64,000 nucleotides of DNA from an uncultured cyanobacterium (GCA_963793265.1 CAWBZI010000004.1:288001-352000), one strand, 5' to 3'. Shown: positions 19,891 through 31,542, counted from the stretch's first letter. Notes: generated by a model not told the origin, from the sequence alone. Made by a program: numbers and translations.

Positions 19891-20832
19891 TTGGCTTCTA
19901 AATCGTCTGCTAGATCTCGTCGAAAAATTGAATCCGATAGCTCTGCTGTTCGTTCCTCGGCTAATTCTCTTATTAGTCCCCCAGTTAGTCCTAAGAGGCC
20001 GTGTCGGGTGACGGTGACTGAGCCGGGTTGGCAGGGGGCAAGAACGGCTGCGATCGCTGCCGGATGCAGTAGCGTTTCAGACATGCTCGAAAAGCTAGGC
20101 AGCGGCGAACTATCTATTATTGCGAGTGACGATATTGGGCCCGCTTCTCAACCCAATTCTCCTCAGCCCGCTCCGCAGCACATCCATATTCACACGTCAG
20201 CAGCTAAGGAACCTTCAGAAAACAAAGATAGCGATACGCTGCCACTATCAGGCACTTCCTTGCCAAGGCTGATTGTCACAGGTGCGTGTGCGGCGATTAT
20301 CGTTGGCTCTCTACTCTACATTGCCGACCGCATTATCACTATCACCGCTGACGTGATCACGGGTAAAGAAAATATAGAAGACATCATCACGCCTAAAACG
20401 GGCGAAATAGTCGCTGGCTATGACGTGAGCGACGAATACGGTATCCGGCCTTTTCATCCAGTGACTGGCGAGCCAAACGTGCCTCACAACGGCGTCGATT
20501 TAGCCACGCCTATCGGCACCCCGATTCATGCAGTCGGTAAGCCCGGCGATACCACAACTGTCAAATGCTGGTGGGATGACGGCGGCGGTGGCTGGGTTGT
20601 TAATCAAACGGCTGACTCTTTTCCGGGCTATACGTTTCAGTCATTGCACATGTCTCCTAACGGCTGCAAAGAAGGTGAGTCTGAAGCGGGAGAGGTGATT
20701 GCTTTTTCAGGAAATAGCGGAATAGGTACCGGAGCCCATTACGACTTTCGCGTGAAGATAGACGGTAAGTATGTACCGCCCGCTACTAAATATTTAGAGT
20801 CTGCGATGACAGGTGAGCCGCCGAAGGAGTAG
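19891..20832 (+). CDS. M23-family peptidase with an N-terminal RHH-like segment and one TM helix
   Basis: HNGVDLATPIGTPI (HxxxD), SGNSGIGTGAHYDF; TM RLIVTGACAAIIVGSLLYI; TTG start uncertain. Confidence 0.8.
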   Translation: MASKSSARSRRKIESDSSAVRSSANSLISPPVSPKRPCRVTVTEPGWQGARTAAIAAGCSSVSDMLEKLGSGELSIIASDDIGPASQPNSPQPAPQHIHIHTSAAKEPSENKDSDTLPLSGTSLPRLIVTGACAAIIVGSLLYIADRIITITADVITGKENIEDIITPKTGEIVAGYDVSDEYGIRPFHPVTGEPNVPHNGVDLATPIGTPIHAVGKPGDTTTVKCWWDDGGGGWVVNQTADSFPGYTFQSLHMSPNGCKEGESEAGEVIAFSGNSGIGTGAHYDFRVKIDGKYVPPATKYLESAMTGEPPKE

Positions 20833-20910
20833 CGCCATTCTTTTGGAGGGTGGGTGAGATACGATGTAGTTAGTTCAGCGGTGTGCGATCGCCGTACAAG
20901 GGCTCAACCG

Positions 20911-21489
20911 ATGGTTCAAACAAAAATACGGTTTTTTAGCTTTGAAGAGTATTTGGCTTACGAAGACGAGAGCGATAAGCTGTACGAACTCTTTAATGGA
21001 GAGCTGATTGAATTGGCACCAGAATCTGGGAAAAACATAGGAATCGCTGGTTTTTTATTCCTCACATTTGCAGCAATCGTCGATCATTTGCAGGTCAGAG
21101 GGCATGGACTAGAACTCGAAGTTCGTGGTGAACCCAGGAATCGATATCCTGACCTGACAATCATTCGTGAAGAACATATCGATCTTATCGCCAAACGTAA
21201 TACTATTCGATTGACGATGCCGCCACCGTTGCTAGTAATTGAGGTGGTGAGTCCTGGTAGCCTGCAACGTGACAGAGACTACATTGCCAAACGCACACAG
21301 TACGAAGATGCTGGTATTGGCGAATACTGGATTGTAGATCCGACGCTTGGGCGAGTTACCGTACTGGCGATGCAAGATGGTGTTTACGTAGAATCAGGCG
21401 TCTTTGAAGGAACCCAGACTATTGAGAGCCCTTCTTTCCCTAATTTAATAACAACTGTGAGCGCAGTGCTCAGCGCTGGAAAGTCTTAG
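20911..21489 (+). CDS. Uma2 family (DUF820) putative endonuclease
   Basis: SFEEYL, YELFNGELI, YPD, LVIEVVSPG, EYWIVDP. Confidence 0.9.
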   Translation: MVQTKIRFFSFEEYLAYEDESDKLYELFNGELIELAPESGKNIGIAGFLFLTFAAIVDHLQVRGHGLELEVRGEPRNRYPDLTIIREEHIDLIAKRNTIRLTMPPPLLVIEVVSPGSLQRDRDYIAKRTQYEDAGIGEYWIVDPTLGRVTVLAMQDGVYVESGVFEGTQTIESPSFPNLITTVSAVLSAGKS

Positions 21490-21490
21490 T

Positions 21491-21688
21491 TTACTGTTGC
21501 TTTTTCCAGTCATCTGTCAGCATTCCTGCATATCCCCAGTTTTCTTCTTCTATTTCTTGAATAACAATATGAATGTGCTCTGGCTTTTTGCCTAGCACAC
21601 GAACTAAAGCGTCCGTCATATCTTTGACTAGCTCAGCTTTCTGCGCTCTGCTGGCACCTGTTGTAATTTGCAAATTAAGGTAGGGCAT
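21491..21688 (-). CDS. 4-oxalocrotonate tautomerase family protein
   Basis: Pro immediately after Met, QKAELV, IHIVIQEI..ENWGYAG, 65 aa. Confidence 0.9.
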   Translation of the reverse strand: MPYLNLQITTGASRAQKAELVKDMTDALVRVLGKKPEHIHIVIQEIEEENWGYAGMLTDDWKKQQ

Positions 21689-21703
21689 TTCTCTTTTGTG
21701 AAT

Positions 21704-21739
21704 AAAAAGCCTCCACCTTTGAAGAAAGAGGGAGGCTTT
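21704..21739 (-). terminator. glgP terminator
   Basis: AAAGCCTCC...GGAGGCTTT stem with a T tract on the minus strand. Confidence 0.6.
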
Positions 21740-21789
21740 GGTAACCGTTACGAGATCAGTCTTTTATCAGACCAATCCAACAAATTCAA

Positions 21790-24342
21790 CTATAGACGAG
21801 CGCTGTTGTCTGTGAGCATTGTGAGTGTTTTGAAATATTCTTTTAGCTCTACAGGCACGGGCTTGATGTTCCAAATTTGATCGCAGTACTCTTGGATAGA
21901 GCGGTCAGAGGAGAACTTACCCATCCGCGCAGAGTTAAGAATAGACATCCGCACCCACTTGTCTTGATCCTGATAAGCCTTGCTGACTTCCGCCTGACAG
22001 TCAACATAGGCTTGATAGTCGGCTAAAACCATAAAGCGATCTTGATTTAGCAGGTTGTCGATGAGCGGCTTAAATAGCTCAGTATCACCACTCGAAAAGA
22101 GCCCTGAGTTAATCAGCTTAATGACAGCTTGCAAGTCTCCATTTTGGTTGTAGTAGTCACGCGGGTTGTAGCCCTGCGCTTTTAGCTCAGCGACCTCATG
22201 AGCCTGAAGGCCAAAGAGGAAGAAGTTGTCGTCACCGACTTCTTCGCGAATCTCTACGTTAGCGCCGTCGAGTGTCCCAATTGTGAGCGCGCCGTTCATG
22301 GCGAACTTCATGTTGCCGGTACCGGAAGCCTCAAAACCTGCGGTAGAAATTTGCTCAGAGAGGTCGGAGGCTGGATAGATGGGCTGAGCGTTGGTGACGT
22401 TGTAGTTAGGGTAGAAAATCACCTTGAGCTGGTCGCGCACGGCAGGGTCGCGATTGACTACGCGGCCTACAGAGGTGATGAGCTTGATAATTAGCTTGGC
22501 CATGAAGTAACCTGGCGCAGCTTTACCGGCAAAGATAAAGGTGCGTGGGACGATATTCATCCCTGGGTTGTTTTTAAGCTTGTTGTACAGTGAGATGATA
22601 TGCAGGGCGTTGAGCTGCTGTCTCTTGTACTCGTGCATCCGCTTGATTTGCACGTCGAACATTGAAGTTGGGCTGACTTTCACGCCAGTTGCTTTTTCAA
22701 TGCGAGCTGCCAGGATTTCCTTATTGGCCTGCTTAATCTGACGCCATTCGGTACGGAAGCCGGGGTCGTCGGCAAAGGCTTCTAGCTTTTTAAGCTGGTC
22801 GAGGTGGGTGGGCCACTCAGTACCGATGCGCTGGTTAATCAGGCGGCTGAGCTTGGGGTTGCTGAGCACCATCCAGCGGCGGGGGGTAACGCCGTTGGTT
22901 TCGTTGATGAATTTTTCAGGGAAGAGCTGGAAGAAGTCGTTGAGGACAGTTTGCTTGAGCAATTCGGTGTGGAGGGCTGCAACGCCGTTGATGGCATGAG
23001 AGCCGACGCAGGCTAGGTTGGCCATGCGGACGTAGCGACCGCCGCTTTCGTCGATGATGGACATGCGCTCTAGCTTCTGGTTGTCTTGACCAAACTTGAG
23101 CCGTACGTCTTCGAGGAAGATGCGGTTGATCTCAAAGATGATTTCGAGGTGGCGAGGCAGCAGGGAGCCAAACAGATCAATTGGCCAGCGTTCCAGGGCC
23201 TCGGGGAGGAGCGTGTGGTTGGTGTAGGCGAGGGTTTTTTGAGTGATTTCCCAGGCTTTATCCCAGTTCATTTGATGCTCGTCAACGAGCAGGCGCATGA
23301 GTTCGGCCACGGCGATCGCAGGGTGCGTATCGTTCATTTGCGCGGTGTACTTTTCAGGGAAGCTCTCTAGCGGTGAGCCTTCGACTTCCATAATCCGAAT
23401 CATGTCTTGCAGCGAGCAGGAGACGAAGAAGTACTGCTGCTCCAGGCGTAACTGCTTGCCTTCTAGGTGCTCGTCGTTAGGGTAGAGAACTTTTGAGATA
23501 TTCTCGGAGACGATCTTGGAGTTGACCGCGCCGTAGTAGTCGCCTTGGTTGAAGGCGTTGAAGTCGAACGCATCGGGAGATTCGGCTTTCCACAGGCGGA
23601 GGGTGTTGGCGGTGTTGACGTTGTAGCCGAGGATAGGGGTGTCGTAGGGGACGCCTTTGACAATGCGATCGCTCACCCACTCAACCCGGTAGTTCCCATT
23701 CACATCGGTATAGGCTTTGGTATAGCCGCCGAGCTTCACAGGCGCTGACCATTCGGGCCTAGCGACTTCCCAGGGGTTGCCGTTAGCAAGCCACTTGTCA
23801 GTTTTTTCAACCTGCCAGCCGTCCTGCAACTCCTGCTTAAAGATGCCGAACTCGTAGCGGATACCATAGCCCAAAGACGGGATTTGTAGCGTAGCCATCG
23901 AATCAAGATAGCAGGCGGCCAGGCGACCTAAACCACCGTTACCCAAGCCAGGCTCTTGCTCTTGGGCCATAATCTCGGACAGGCTGAGGCCCAGGTCGGC
24001 CATAGCACTCTCGACCACTTCGTACAGGCCCAGGTTGATGAGGTTATTGCCGAGGTATGGCCCCATCAAAAACTCGGCTGAGAGATAGACGGCGGTGCGA
24101 GCCTGCTGCTTGCGGTAGGTGCTCGCGGTGCTGAGCCAGTGATGGAGCATGCGATCGCGCACCGTATACGCTAACGCCATGTAATAGTCTTGCAGGGTCG
24201 CAATTTCGGGCGACTTTCCTTGCACATAAAACAGGTTATCTAAAAAAGCGCGCTTTAGAATATCTGGCGTCAGTCCTGTCCGGTCGTCTTCCGTAGGACA
24301 AGAAGGATGCAAGGGCATGGTGTCGAGTTCTTTTGATTGCAT
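21790..24342 (-). CDS. glgP: Glycogen phosphorylase
   Basis: GLGNGGLGRLAAC, NDTHP, KRMHEYKRQ, PLP motif EASGTGNMKF. Confidence 0.97.
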   Translation of the reverse strand: MQSKELDTMPLHPSCPTEDDRTGLTPDILKRAFLDNLFYVQGKSPEIATLQDYYMALAYTVRDRMLHHWLSTASTYRKQQARTAVYLSAEFLMGPYLGNNLINLGLYEVVESAMADLGLSLSEIMAQEQEPGLGNGGLGRLAACYLDSMATLQIPSLGYGIRYEFGIFKQELQDGWQVEKTDKWLANGNPWEVARPEWSAPVKLGGYTKAYTDVNGNYRVEWVSDRIVKGVPYDTPILGYNVNTANTLRLWKAESPDAFDFNAFNQGDYYGAVNSKIVSENISKVLYPNDEHLEGKQLRLEQQYFFVSCSLQDMIRIMEVEGSPLESFPEKYTAQMNDTHPAIAVAELMRLLVDEHQMNWDKAWEITQKTLAYTNHTLLPEALERWPIDLFGSLLPRHLEIIFEINRIFLEDVRLKFGQDNQKLERMSIIDESGGRYVRMANLACVGSHAINGVAALHTELLKQTVLNDFFQLFPEKFINETNGVTPRRWMVLSNPKLSRLINQRIGTEWPTHLDQLKKLEAFADDPGFRTEWRQIKQANKEILAARIEKATGVKVSPTSMFDVQIKRMHEYKRQQLNALHIISLYNKLKNNPGMNIVPRTFIFAGKAAPGYFMAKLIIKLITSVGRVVNRDPAVRDQLKVIFYPNYNVTNAQPIYPASDLSEQISTAGFEASGTGNMKFAMNGALTIGTLDGANVEIREEVGDDNFFLFGLQAHEVAELKAQGYNPRDYYNQNGDLQAVIKLINSGLFSSGDTELFKPLIDNLLNQDRFMVLADYQAYVDCQAEVSKAYQDQDKWVRMSILNSARMGKFSSDRSIQEYCDQIWNIKPVPVELKEYFKTLTMLTDNSARL

Positions 24343-24550
24343 AGGTCACTATGGAAAGATAAGGGACAGAAAAATAAGGGGCCAAAAAAGGTGACGCTCG
24401 TCATTAGGCGTAAGTCTAAGGGTATACCTAGATTTCGCGACTAAGGATGAACCTATATAAAGTCATAAGATATGGCAAAGAACGGTCAATTTCGCTACCA
24501 GTAACAGGCTCTAACCCTCTCCTCGTGGTCATTTGACAGACTTAGCGCGT

Positions 24551-24586
24551 AAACAACCCGCCAAAGCTATGAAAACCTGGCGGGTT
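24551..24586 (-). terminator. Hairpin downstream of ilvC, probable terminator
   Basis: AACCCGCCA...TGGCGGGTT 9-bp stem. Confidence 0.5.
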
Positions 24587-24628
24587 ATCTACTTATTCAG
24601 ACGCTTTGAGCGGTTCAGCCGTTATCAG

Positions 24629-25630
<1,002 letters not shown>

Positions 25631-25779
25631 TCAGTCTCCTTAAACTGCGGGGCTTCAGCGTTTTACTTCTGAAGGGGGATGGATGGGGTCAGCGTTTGAT
25701 CTTATCAAACTGGGGGATTGGGGGGTAGTGGGGTGGTGGGGCGATCAGTACAGAAGATGCTGATAGAGGTTAAGAGCGG

Positions 25780-26193
25780 CTAAGGAATGATGACTGGAAT
25801 AGGGGCATCTCGATTCTTTCGATAGATTTGAAAATCGCTATCCAGCGTGAAAACAGAGCTTCGAGGATACAGCTCAGCCATGCGGACAAGTTCTGCGTCA
25901 GCCAGCGATACTGGAACTGATTGATATTGCCTCATCAAACTTACAGTTGAAAGCAATTCTGTATTTAGATCAAAGTGGATGACGACTTGTTTCTGTTCTA
26001 AAAGTAGAAGCAGTGCATCTCTTCCATTTCTAACTCGCTTTAGTAGAAACCACGCTTCTGAAATGACAGCCTCGCAGGTGAGTAAGGGCGGTGCTATTTC
26101 GTTTAGCTGTTCACTCACCCATTTGTGATGGCGATCGCGCTTATCAATCAAGGCGATAAGGACGCCAGTGTCAACAATTACCTGCTCAAGCAC
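25780..26193 (-). CDS. VapC/PIN-domain toxin
   Basis: IVDTGVLIA, CEAVISE, SLADA, FTLDSDFQIY. Confidence 0.88.
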   Translation of the reverse strand: MLEQVIVDTGVLIALIDKRDRHHKWVSEQLNEIAPPLLTCEAVISEAWFLLKRVRNGRDALLLLLEQKQVVIHFDLNTELLSTVSLMRQYQSVPVSLADAELVRMAELYPRSSVFTLDSDFQIYRKNRDAPIPVIIP

Positions 26194-26432
26194 TATTGCC
26201 CGTATCCTTCCATGTAAACTGAATTTGTGGAGAGATCTCCAGGCCCTTCGCCCATTCCTACAACAGTTTGAGCTACCTCCAAGAATGACTGGGGAGCCGC
26301 GTTAGCCTCTTTGTTAGGTTCCAACTTTTGGCGTTTAGTCTTCAGAAACTCTACAAAGTCTAAAATCTGCTGCTGATCCTCTTCAGGCAATACTTCAACA
26401 GTTTGTAAGATTTGTTGAGATAGCGGCGACAT
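26193..26432 (-). CDS. Putative antitoxin (DUF2281-like)
   Basis: LPEEDQQQILDFVEFL and DLSTN..YMEGYG motifs; TAGTG overlap with the toxin start. Confidence 0.75.
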   Translation of the reverse strand: MSPLSQQILQTVEVLPEEDQQQILDFVEFLKTKRQKLEPNKEANAAPQSFLEVAQTVVGMGEGPGDLSTNSVYMEGYGQ

Positions 26433-26474
26433 TATTGTAATCTCCTTCTTTCAATCTGTTCAATCTGAGAGTAC

Positions 26475-27929
26475 TCAAAGCTTTGGCTGTTGCTTATGCC
26501 AGTCAGTAGACTGCTCATAAGCGGAGCCCATTTCAAACAACAAGTCCTCGCGCAAAACGTTACTCACAAGCTGTAGGCCAATTGGCATTCCATCATCGTC
26601 AAAGCCACAGGGAACGCTCATACCTGGAAGCCCTGCCATGTTGACTGGAATCGTCATCAGATCGAGCAGATACATGCTGAGCGGATCGTCTTTGTCTCCG
26701 GCCTTAAACGCTGTTGTCGGCACGGTTGGGCTTACAAGCACATCAACGTCTTTAAATGCTGCGTCAAAGTCTTGCTTGATCAGCGTTCTTACCTTTTGCG
26801 CCTTGAGATAGAAGGCATCGTAGTAACCTGCCGATAGGGCATAGGTGCCGATCATGATGCGCCGCTTTACCTCATCGCCAAATCCTTCGGCGCGAGTTTT
26901 GTTGTACATCGAGAGTAGATTTGGTTCGTTGGCACGGAGGCCATAGCGTACGCCGTCGTAGCGGGCTAGGTTGGCTGAGGCTTCGCAGGGCGCAATGATG
27001 TAGTAGGCCGATACGCCGTAGTCGAACTTGGGGCACGAGATGGTTTTGACTTCAGCGCCTAGTGTTTTGAGCTGTTCGATGGCAGTGGTGACTGCATCGC
27101 CTACTTTGTTGTCTAGTCCGTCGCCAAAGGTTTCTTTGATGATGCCGACGGTGCGGCCTTTGAGGGGCTGCTTGGTGTCTTTTTTGAGGGACTTTGTGTA
27201 GTCGGGGATTTTGACCTTGAGGCTGGTGGCGTCTTTGGGATCGTGTCCGGCGATCGCACCCAACAATATTGCCGTATCCTCCACCGTGCGCCCAAACGGC
27301 CCAATTTGATCTAAAGACGAAGCAAACGCCACCAAACCAAATCGTGATACCAGCCCATAGGTAGGTTTCATGCCGACAATGCCGCAAAAAGAGGCGGGCT
27401 GACGAATAGATCCGCCCGTGTCTGAGCCGAGTGAGATAGGGGCCTGACCGCCTGCAACAGCAGCGGCAGAACCGCCTGAGGAGCCGCCGGGGACGCGGGT
27501 AGTGTCCCAGGGATTGCCAGTGGTTTGAAATGCAGAGTTTTCTGTAGAGCCGCCCATCGCGAACTCATCTAAGTTCGTTTTGCCAATGAAAACGGCTCCG
27601 GCATCGTCGAGCTTGCCGGTGACGGTCGATTCGTAGGGGGGAATGAAATTTTCAAGGATCTTAGAGCTGCAGGTGGTGCGAATGCCTTTGGTGCAAAGGT
27701 TGTCTTTGAGGGCAATGGGGATACCTGCCAATAGGCCGATGCTTTCGCCCGCTGCAATTTTTTCATCCACCGCTTGTGCCTGCGCTAGTGCCTTTTCGGC
27801 GGTCAGCGTTACAAAGCTTTTGAGCTTGGGTTCTACGGCCTGCGCTTGGTCGAGTTGGGCCTGAGCAATTTCGACGGCTGAGCGCTCTTTGCTCTGTAGC
27901 TGCTGGTGCAGCTCGCGAATGGCTGACAT
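26475..27929 (-). CDS. gatA: Asp/Glu-tRNA amidotransferase subunit A
   Basis: [53 protein letters not shown] at 27929 (MSAIRELH). Confidence 0.97.
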   Translation of the reverse strand: MSAIRELHQQLQSKERSAVEIAQAQLDQAQAVEPKLKSFVTLTAEKALAQAQAVDEKIAAGESIGLLAGIPIALKDNLCTKGIRTTCSSKILENFIPPYESTVTGKLDDAGAVFIGKTNLDEFAMGGSTENSAFQTTGNPWDTTRVPGGSSGGSAAAVAGGQAPISLGSDTGGSIRQPASFCGIVGMKPTYGLVSRFGLVAFASSLDQIGPFGRTVEDTAILLGAIAGHDPKDATSLKVKIPDYTKSLKKDTKQPLKGRTVGIIKETFGDGLDNKVGDAVTTAIEQLKTLGAEVKTISCPKFDYGVSAYYIIAPCEASANLARYDGVRYGLRANEPNLLSMYNKTRAEGFGDEVKRRIMIGTYALSAGYYDAFYLKAQKVRTLIKQDFDAAFKDVDVLVSPTVPTTAFKAGDKDDPLSMYLLDLMTIPVNMAGLPGMSVPCGFDDDGMPIGLQLVSNVLREDLLFEMGSAYEQSTDWHKQQPKL

Positions 27930-28201
27930 AGCGGAATCCTTTTTCCTTTTGCTCCAGTTAGTAACCTTAGCAGCTCTGCTATCGAGATGAAACGCTAATA
28001 TTTTTTGTGCGCTTTCTCTATACGCCTTTTTGTGATCGCTACACCCTATGTATCGCAGCCGACACAACATCGCTGAGATGAAGCATTTCTATCAATAGAA
28101 GTAGATATATCTCCCGATCCCCTCTTGCCAAGAGGCAGATACAGGAACACACTTAACAGTGAAGTAAGGATGGCCTATTTCTGTAAGCTAAGGTTGATGT
28201 T

Positions 28202-29491
28202 GTGAAAAGAGTTCTTTCAATAATTTTGGGAGGCGGTGCTGGCACTCGTCTCTACCCGCTGACAAAATTTCGTGCGAAACCTGCCGTCTCCTTAGCTGGC
28301 ATGTACCGCTTAATCGATATTCCGGTTAGCAACTGTTTAAATTCTGACATTCTCAAAATCTATGTGCTGACCCAGTTCAACTCAGCCTCTCTAAACCGCC
28401 ACATTTCTAAGGCGTATAACTTTTCTACTTTCAGCGATGGCTTCGTAGAGGTGCTGGCCGCTCAGCAGACCCCCGATAGCCCAAGCTGGTTTGAGGGCAC
28501 TGCTGATGCCGTTCGCAAGTACATGTGGATGTTTGAAGAGGCCGATGTTGATGAGTTCATCATTCTATCGGGTGACCACCTTTACCGGATGGATTATGCC
28601 GATTATGTGAGAAAGCATCGGGAAAGTGGCGCGGATGTGACGCTTTCGGTAGTGCCGATTGGTTATAAAACCGCCTCTAGCTTTGGCCTGATGAAGGTGG
28701 ACGAGAACAACCGCATTGTGGAGTTTTCGGAAAAGCCCAAAGGAGAAGCGCTTGAGGCGATGAAGGTAGATACAACGGCGATGGGCCTGTCGCCTGATGA
28801 GTCGGCAGAAAAGCCTTTTATTGCGTCTATGGGGATCTATGTGTTCAAAAAGCAGGTGCTGATTGACCTGCTGAATAACTACCCCGATCAGACTGATTTT
28901 GGTAAGGAAATCATTCCGGCCTCTTCACGTGATTACAACGTGCAGGCTTATTTGTTTAAGGGCTACTGGGAAGATATTGGAACGATTGAAGCGTTCTATG
29001 AGGCCAATATTGCGCTGACGGATCAGCCAAATCCGGCGTTTAGCTTTTATAAGGAAGATGCGCCGATTTATACGCGATCGCGCTATCTCCCCCCGAGCAA
29101 GCTACAAGACTGCCAAATCACCGAGTCTATTGTCAGCGAAGGCTGCATTCTTAAAAAGTGCCGCATTCACAAATCGGTGATTGGTCTGCGTGAGCGTATC
29201 CACGCGGGCTGCGAAATTGATCACGCTTTGATCATCGGCTGCGACTACTACGAAAATATGGACGAAACCGGTCAGTTTCCTGACGGTGAGAAAATCCCGA
29301 TGGGCATTGGCGAGGGCTCTGTGATTCGTAAGGCCATTATCGATAAGAACGCACGAATTGGTAAAAACGTGCAGATTATCAATAAGGACAATGTGCAGGA
29401 AGCCGAGTGCGAAGACAAGGGCTACTACATTCGCAGCGGTATCGTCGTTGTAATTAAGAACGCGGTGATTCCTGACGGCACGATTATTTAG
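28202..29491 (+). CDS. glgC: Glucose-1-phosphate adenylyltransferase
   Basis: [49 protein letters not shown]. Confidence 0.98.
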   Translation: MKRVLSIILGGGAGTRLYPLTKFRAKPAVSLAGMYRLIDIPVSNCLNSDILKIYVLTQFNSASLNRHISKAYNFSTFSDGFVEVLAAQQTPDSPSWFEGTADAVRKYMWMFEEADVDEFIILSGDHLYRMDYADYVRKHRESGADVTLSVVPIGYKTASSFGLMKVDENNRIVEFSEKPKGEALEAMKVDTTAMGLSPDESAEKPFIASMGIYVFKKQVLIDLLNNYPDQTDFGKEIIPASSRDYNVQAYLFKGYWEDIGTIEAFYEANIALTDQPNPAFSFYKEDAPIYTRSRYLPPSKLQDCQITESIVSEGCILKKCRIHKSVIGLRERIHAGCEIDHALIIGCDYYENMDETGQFPDGEKIPMGIGEGSVIRKAIIDKNARIGKNVQIINKDNVQEAECEDKGYYIRSGIVVVIKNAVIPDGTII

Positions 29492-29511
29492 CTAACGAAC
29501 TGTATACCAAC

Positions 29512-29567
29512 AAACCCCACAGCTAAGACGTGTAAAGATACCGTCTTAGCTGTGGGGTTTTTGTTTT
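29512..29567 (+). terminator. glgC terminator, perfect 19-bp stem
   Basis: AAACCCCACAGCTAAGACG / CGTCTTAGCTGTGGGGTTT plus T tract. Confidence 0.8.
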
Positions 29568-29660
29568 ACTGCGTTTGTTTTGTGAGGGCTTCGACATCTA
29601 GACTTTCGGCGGGCTGAAGCAGTCTGGTATATTCACAGAAATTCCTGGTCACAAAAGCCA

Positions 29661-31241
29661 ATGCAGCCGGATCGCTCTATTCCTGAAGACGACGACTCGC
29701 AGCAATTACCACTGGCGGCTTCTGAGAGTTCGTCTGCTACACCTGTTGCTGCAGGCCCGCTCGAAAATTTACAGCGAAGATATTCCGATCAGCTCAGTCA
29801 AGATATCGGACGGCTAGAGGCTGAGAAAGATCAGCTACAGGCAGACATTACAGCCCTAAGAATTGACTACGACAGGCTCAGTAATGAGATGCGACTGCTA
29901 CAAGCGTCTATTGAGGCGACCCGGCATGAGGCCGACGCTCAAGCTGTTGATAATAGAGCTGCTGTCAGTGGCCCTCGCCTGCCGGGCGAGCCGGTGGCTG
30001 GCCCGGCTGAACCTAATGAGCACAGGTCTGCTGAGCCCAGATTTACTGAATCTGAGCTTGCCGAACAAGCCTTAGATGATTTGCCAGCGCTCATGCCGTT
30101 ACTGCCTGGGGAGTCTACAGCGCCCCGAGCGGCTGTGAGCACAGTGCCTACACCAGAGCACTCAAGCGTAGCGTTACCAATTCCGTCAACCTCTGAGCAG
30201 CGTCGGCTGCGGCAATCGCAAAGGCAGCAGATGAGGGCGTCGTTTGGGCAGAGTCAGCGCACTAAACAGGCGGATGATCGAAAGGGTTTGGTCTTGAGTG
30301 CGATCGCTACTCTACTCATGGCTTTCCAGTTTTGCCTTATCTACTCAATTAGCCAGGGCGGTAACTGGCTCGGCGTTGTCTCAATTGGTGAGCTTGGGGT
30401 TGGCTTTATGCCAGCAGTGGCGCTGCTGTGGCTCAGAATGCTGGTGACGGTGCCCGCTTTGGTGCTGCTTGCGCCTCAGCTCTATGCGGATACCTGGCTA
30501 GACTTGCAAGACTGGATGTATCGCGGCGGGGAGTCTGATAGCGAGGGGAGTTCGCTGACGCTGCTGGTCGGTAGTGGGGTGGCGCTGTTTTTCTCTCAAG
30601 TATTTATCTACCAGTGCGTGGGGAGTGTGGGGCCGGTGGTGGGAGCGACGCTTTTGTTTCTTTATCCGCTGGTAGCCATACCTTTGGGATTTTTGTTTGG
30701 GAAGGCGCGATCGCCTACGCCGTTAGGATTAGTGGCCCTGATTGCGATCGCGATGGGCGGCATTCTGACGATTAAGCCTGCGATTACTGCTACCGAAACG
30801 CCTGCGACGCTGTGGCTCGGTATTCTAGCCAGCGTTGCCTTCAGCGTTTACATCGTGCTCACCAACATCAGCTATCAGCGGCAGTGCCATCCAATTCCCG
30901 TGGGCCTGGTTCAATTTTCTACCGTGGCCGTGCTCAGCAGCATTGTGCTGCTAGCTAAGCCTATAGAGCCTGTGAATATCGAATGGCTCAGCTTTGCCCT
31001 ATGGGGCATTTTAATCGGCGTATCTATGCTGCTGGTGTATCTATTCAACTACAGCAGTCTGCGACTGATGGGTGCGCGAACGGCCATTGTTGCCGCTGCC
31101 GTTCCATTAATGACGCTATTGCTAGCCTGGAGCTTCACGCCTATGCCTTCACTCGCTGTCATTCAGTGGACAGGTATACTGCTGGTGACTATTGGCGGTA
31201 TTGCTTTGAACCGGGAAAAGCTAGGCATTAGCAAAAGCTAG
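29661..31241 (+). CDS. SepJ/FraG-like DMT (EamA) permease with N-terminal coiled coil and linker
   Basis: Heptad segment LENLQRR...EMRLLQ, Pro/Glu/Ser-rich linker, about 10 TM with LWLRMLVTVPALVLLAPQLY..TWLDLQ. Confidence 0.7.
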   Translation: MQPDRSIPEDDDSQQLPLAASESSSATPVAAGPLENLQRRYSDQLSQDIGRLEAEKDQLQADITALRIDYDRLSNEMRLLQASIEATRHEADAQAVDNRAAVSGPRLPGEPVAGPAEPNEHRSAEPRFTESELAEQALDDLPALMPLLPGESTAPRAAVSTVPTPEHSSVALPIPSTSEQRRLRQSQRQQMRASFGQSQRTKQADDRKGLVLSAIATLLMAFQFCLIYSISQGGNWLGVVSIGELGVGFMPAVALLWLRMLVTVPALVLLAPQLYADTWLDLQDWMYRGGESDSEGSSLTLLVGSGVALFFSQVFIYQCVGSVGPVVGATLLFLYPLVAIPLGFLFGKARSPTPLGLVALIAIAMGGILTIKPAITATETPATLWLGILASVAFSVYIVLTNISYQRQCHPIPVGLVQFSTVAVLSSIVLLAKPIEPVNIEWLSFALWGILIGVSMLLVYLFNYSSLRLMGARTAIVAAAVPLMTLLLAWSFTPMPSLAVIQWTGILLVTIGGIALNREKLGISKS

Positions 31242-31316
31242 CGGCCACTGAATAAAAAAACTGAATAAAAAAAACGACTCGCCTAATCTCTCAGGTGAGC
31301 CGTCAATTCAATGAAA

Positions 31317-31403
31317 CGGAGAGAGAGGGATTCGAACCCTCGAACAAGTTGCCCCGTTACAGCATTTCCAGTGCTGCGCCTTCAACCACTCGGCCATCTC
31401 TCC
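31317..31403 (-). tRNA. trnS: tRNA-Ser(GGA), CCA not encoded
   Basis: GGAGAGATGGCCGAGTGGTTGAAGGCGCAGCACT-GGA-AATGCTG..., long variable arm, GGTTCGAATCC, acceptor stem pairs. Confidence 0.97.
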
Positions 31404-31542
31404 CTATTCAAGTGCTACGTGCGCGTTCACCGCGCCCTACAGCTACGCTATCGTATCAGAGATCGTGCGATTATAGAGGGGCCCTCTCGATAGTTTTTAG
31501 GCGCGCGCTTGCTTCACGGCTAAATCTTAGGTTGAATTTTTT

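Noticed and set aside
20911..21489. Uma2 nuclease as part of a defence system
   Set aside because: Solitary member of a family highly expanded in cyanobacteria; no methylase or partner gene adjacent.
27930..28070. N-terminal extension of GatA in the ORF track (also extensions at 39776, 46752, 20854)
   Set aside because: Family-typical starts lie downstream; the extensions look like open upstream frame only.
31317..31403. tRNA-Ser as a prophage or island attachment site
   Set aside because: No integrase and no duplicated tRNA 3' end seen in the window.
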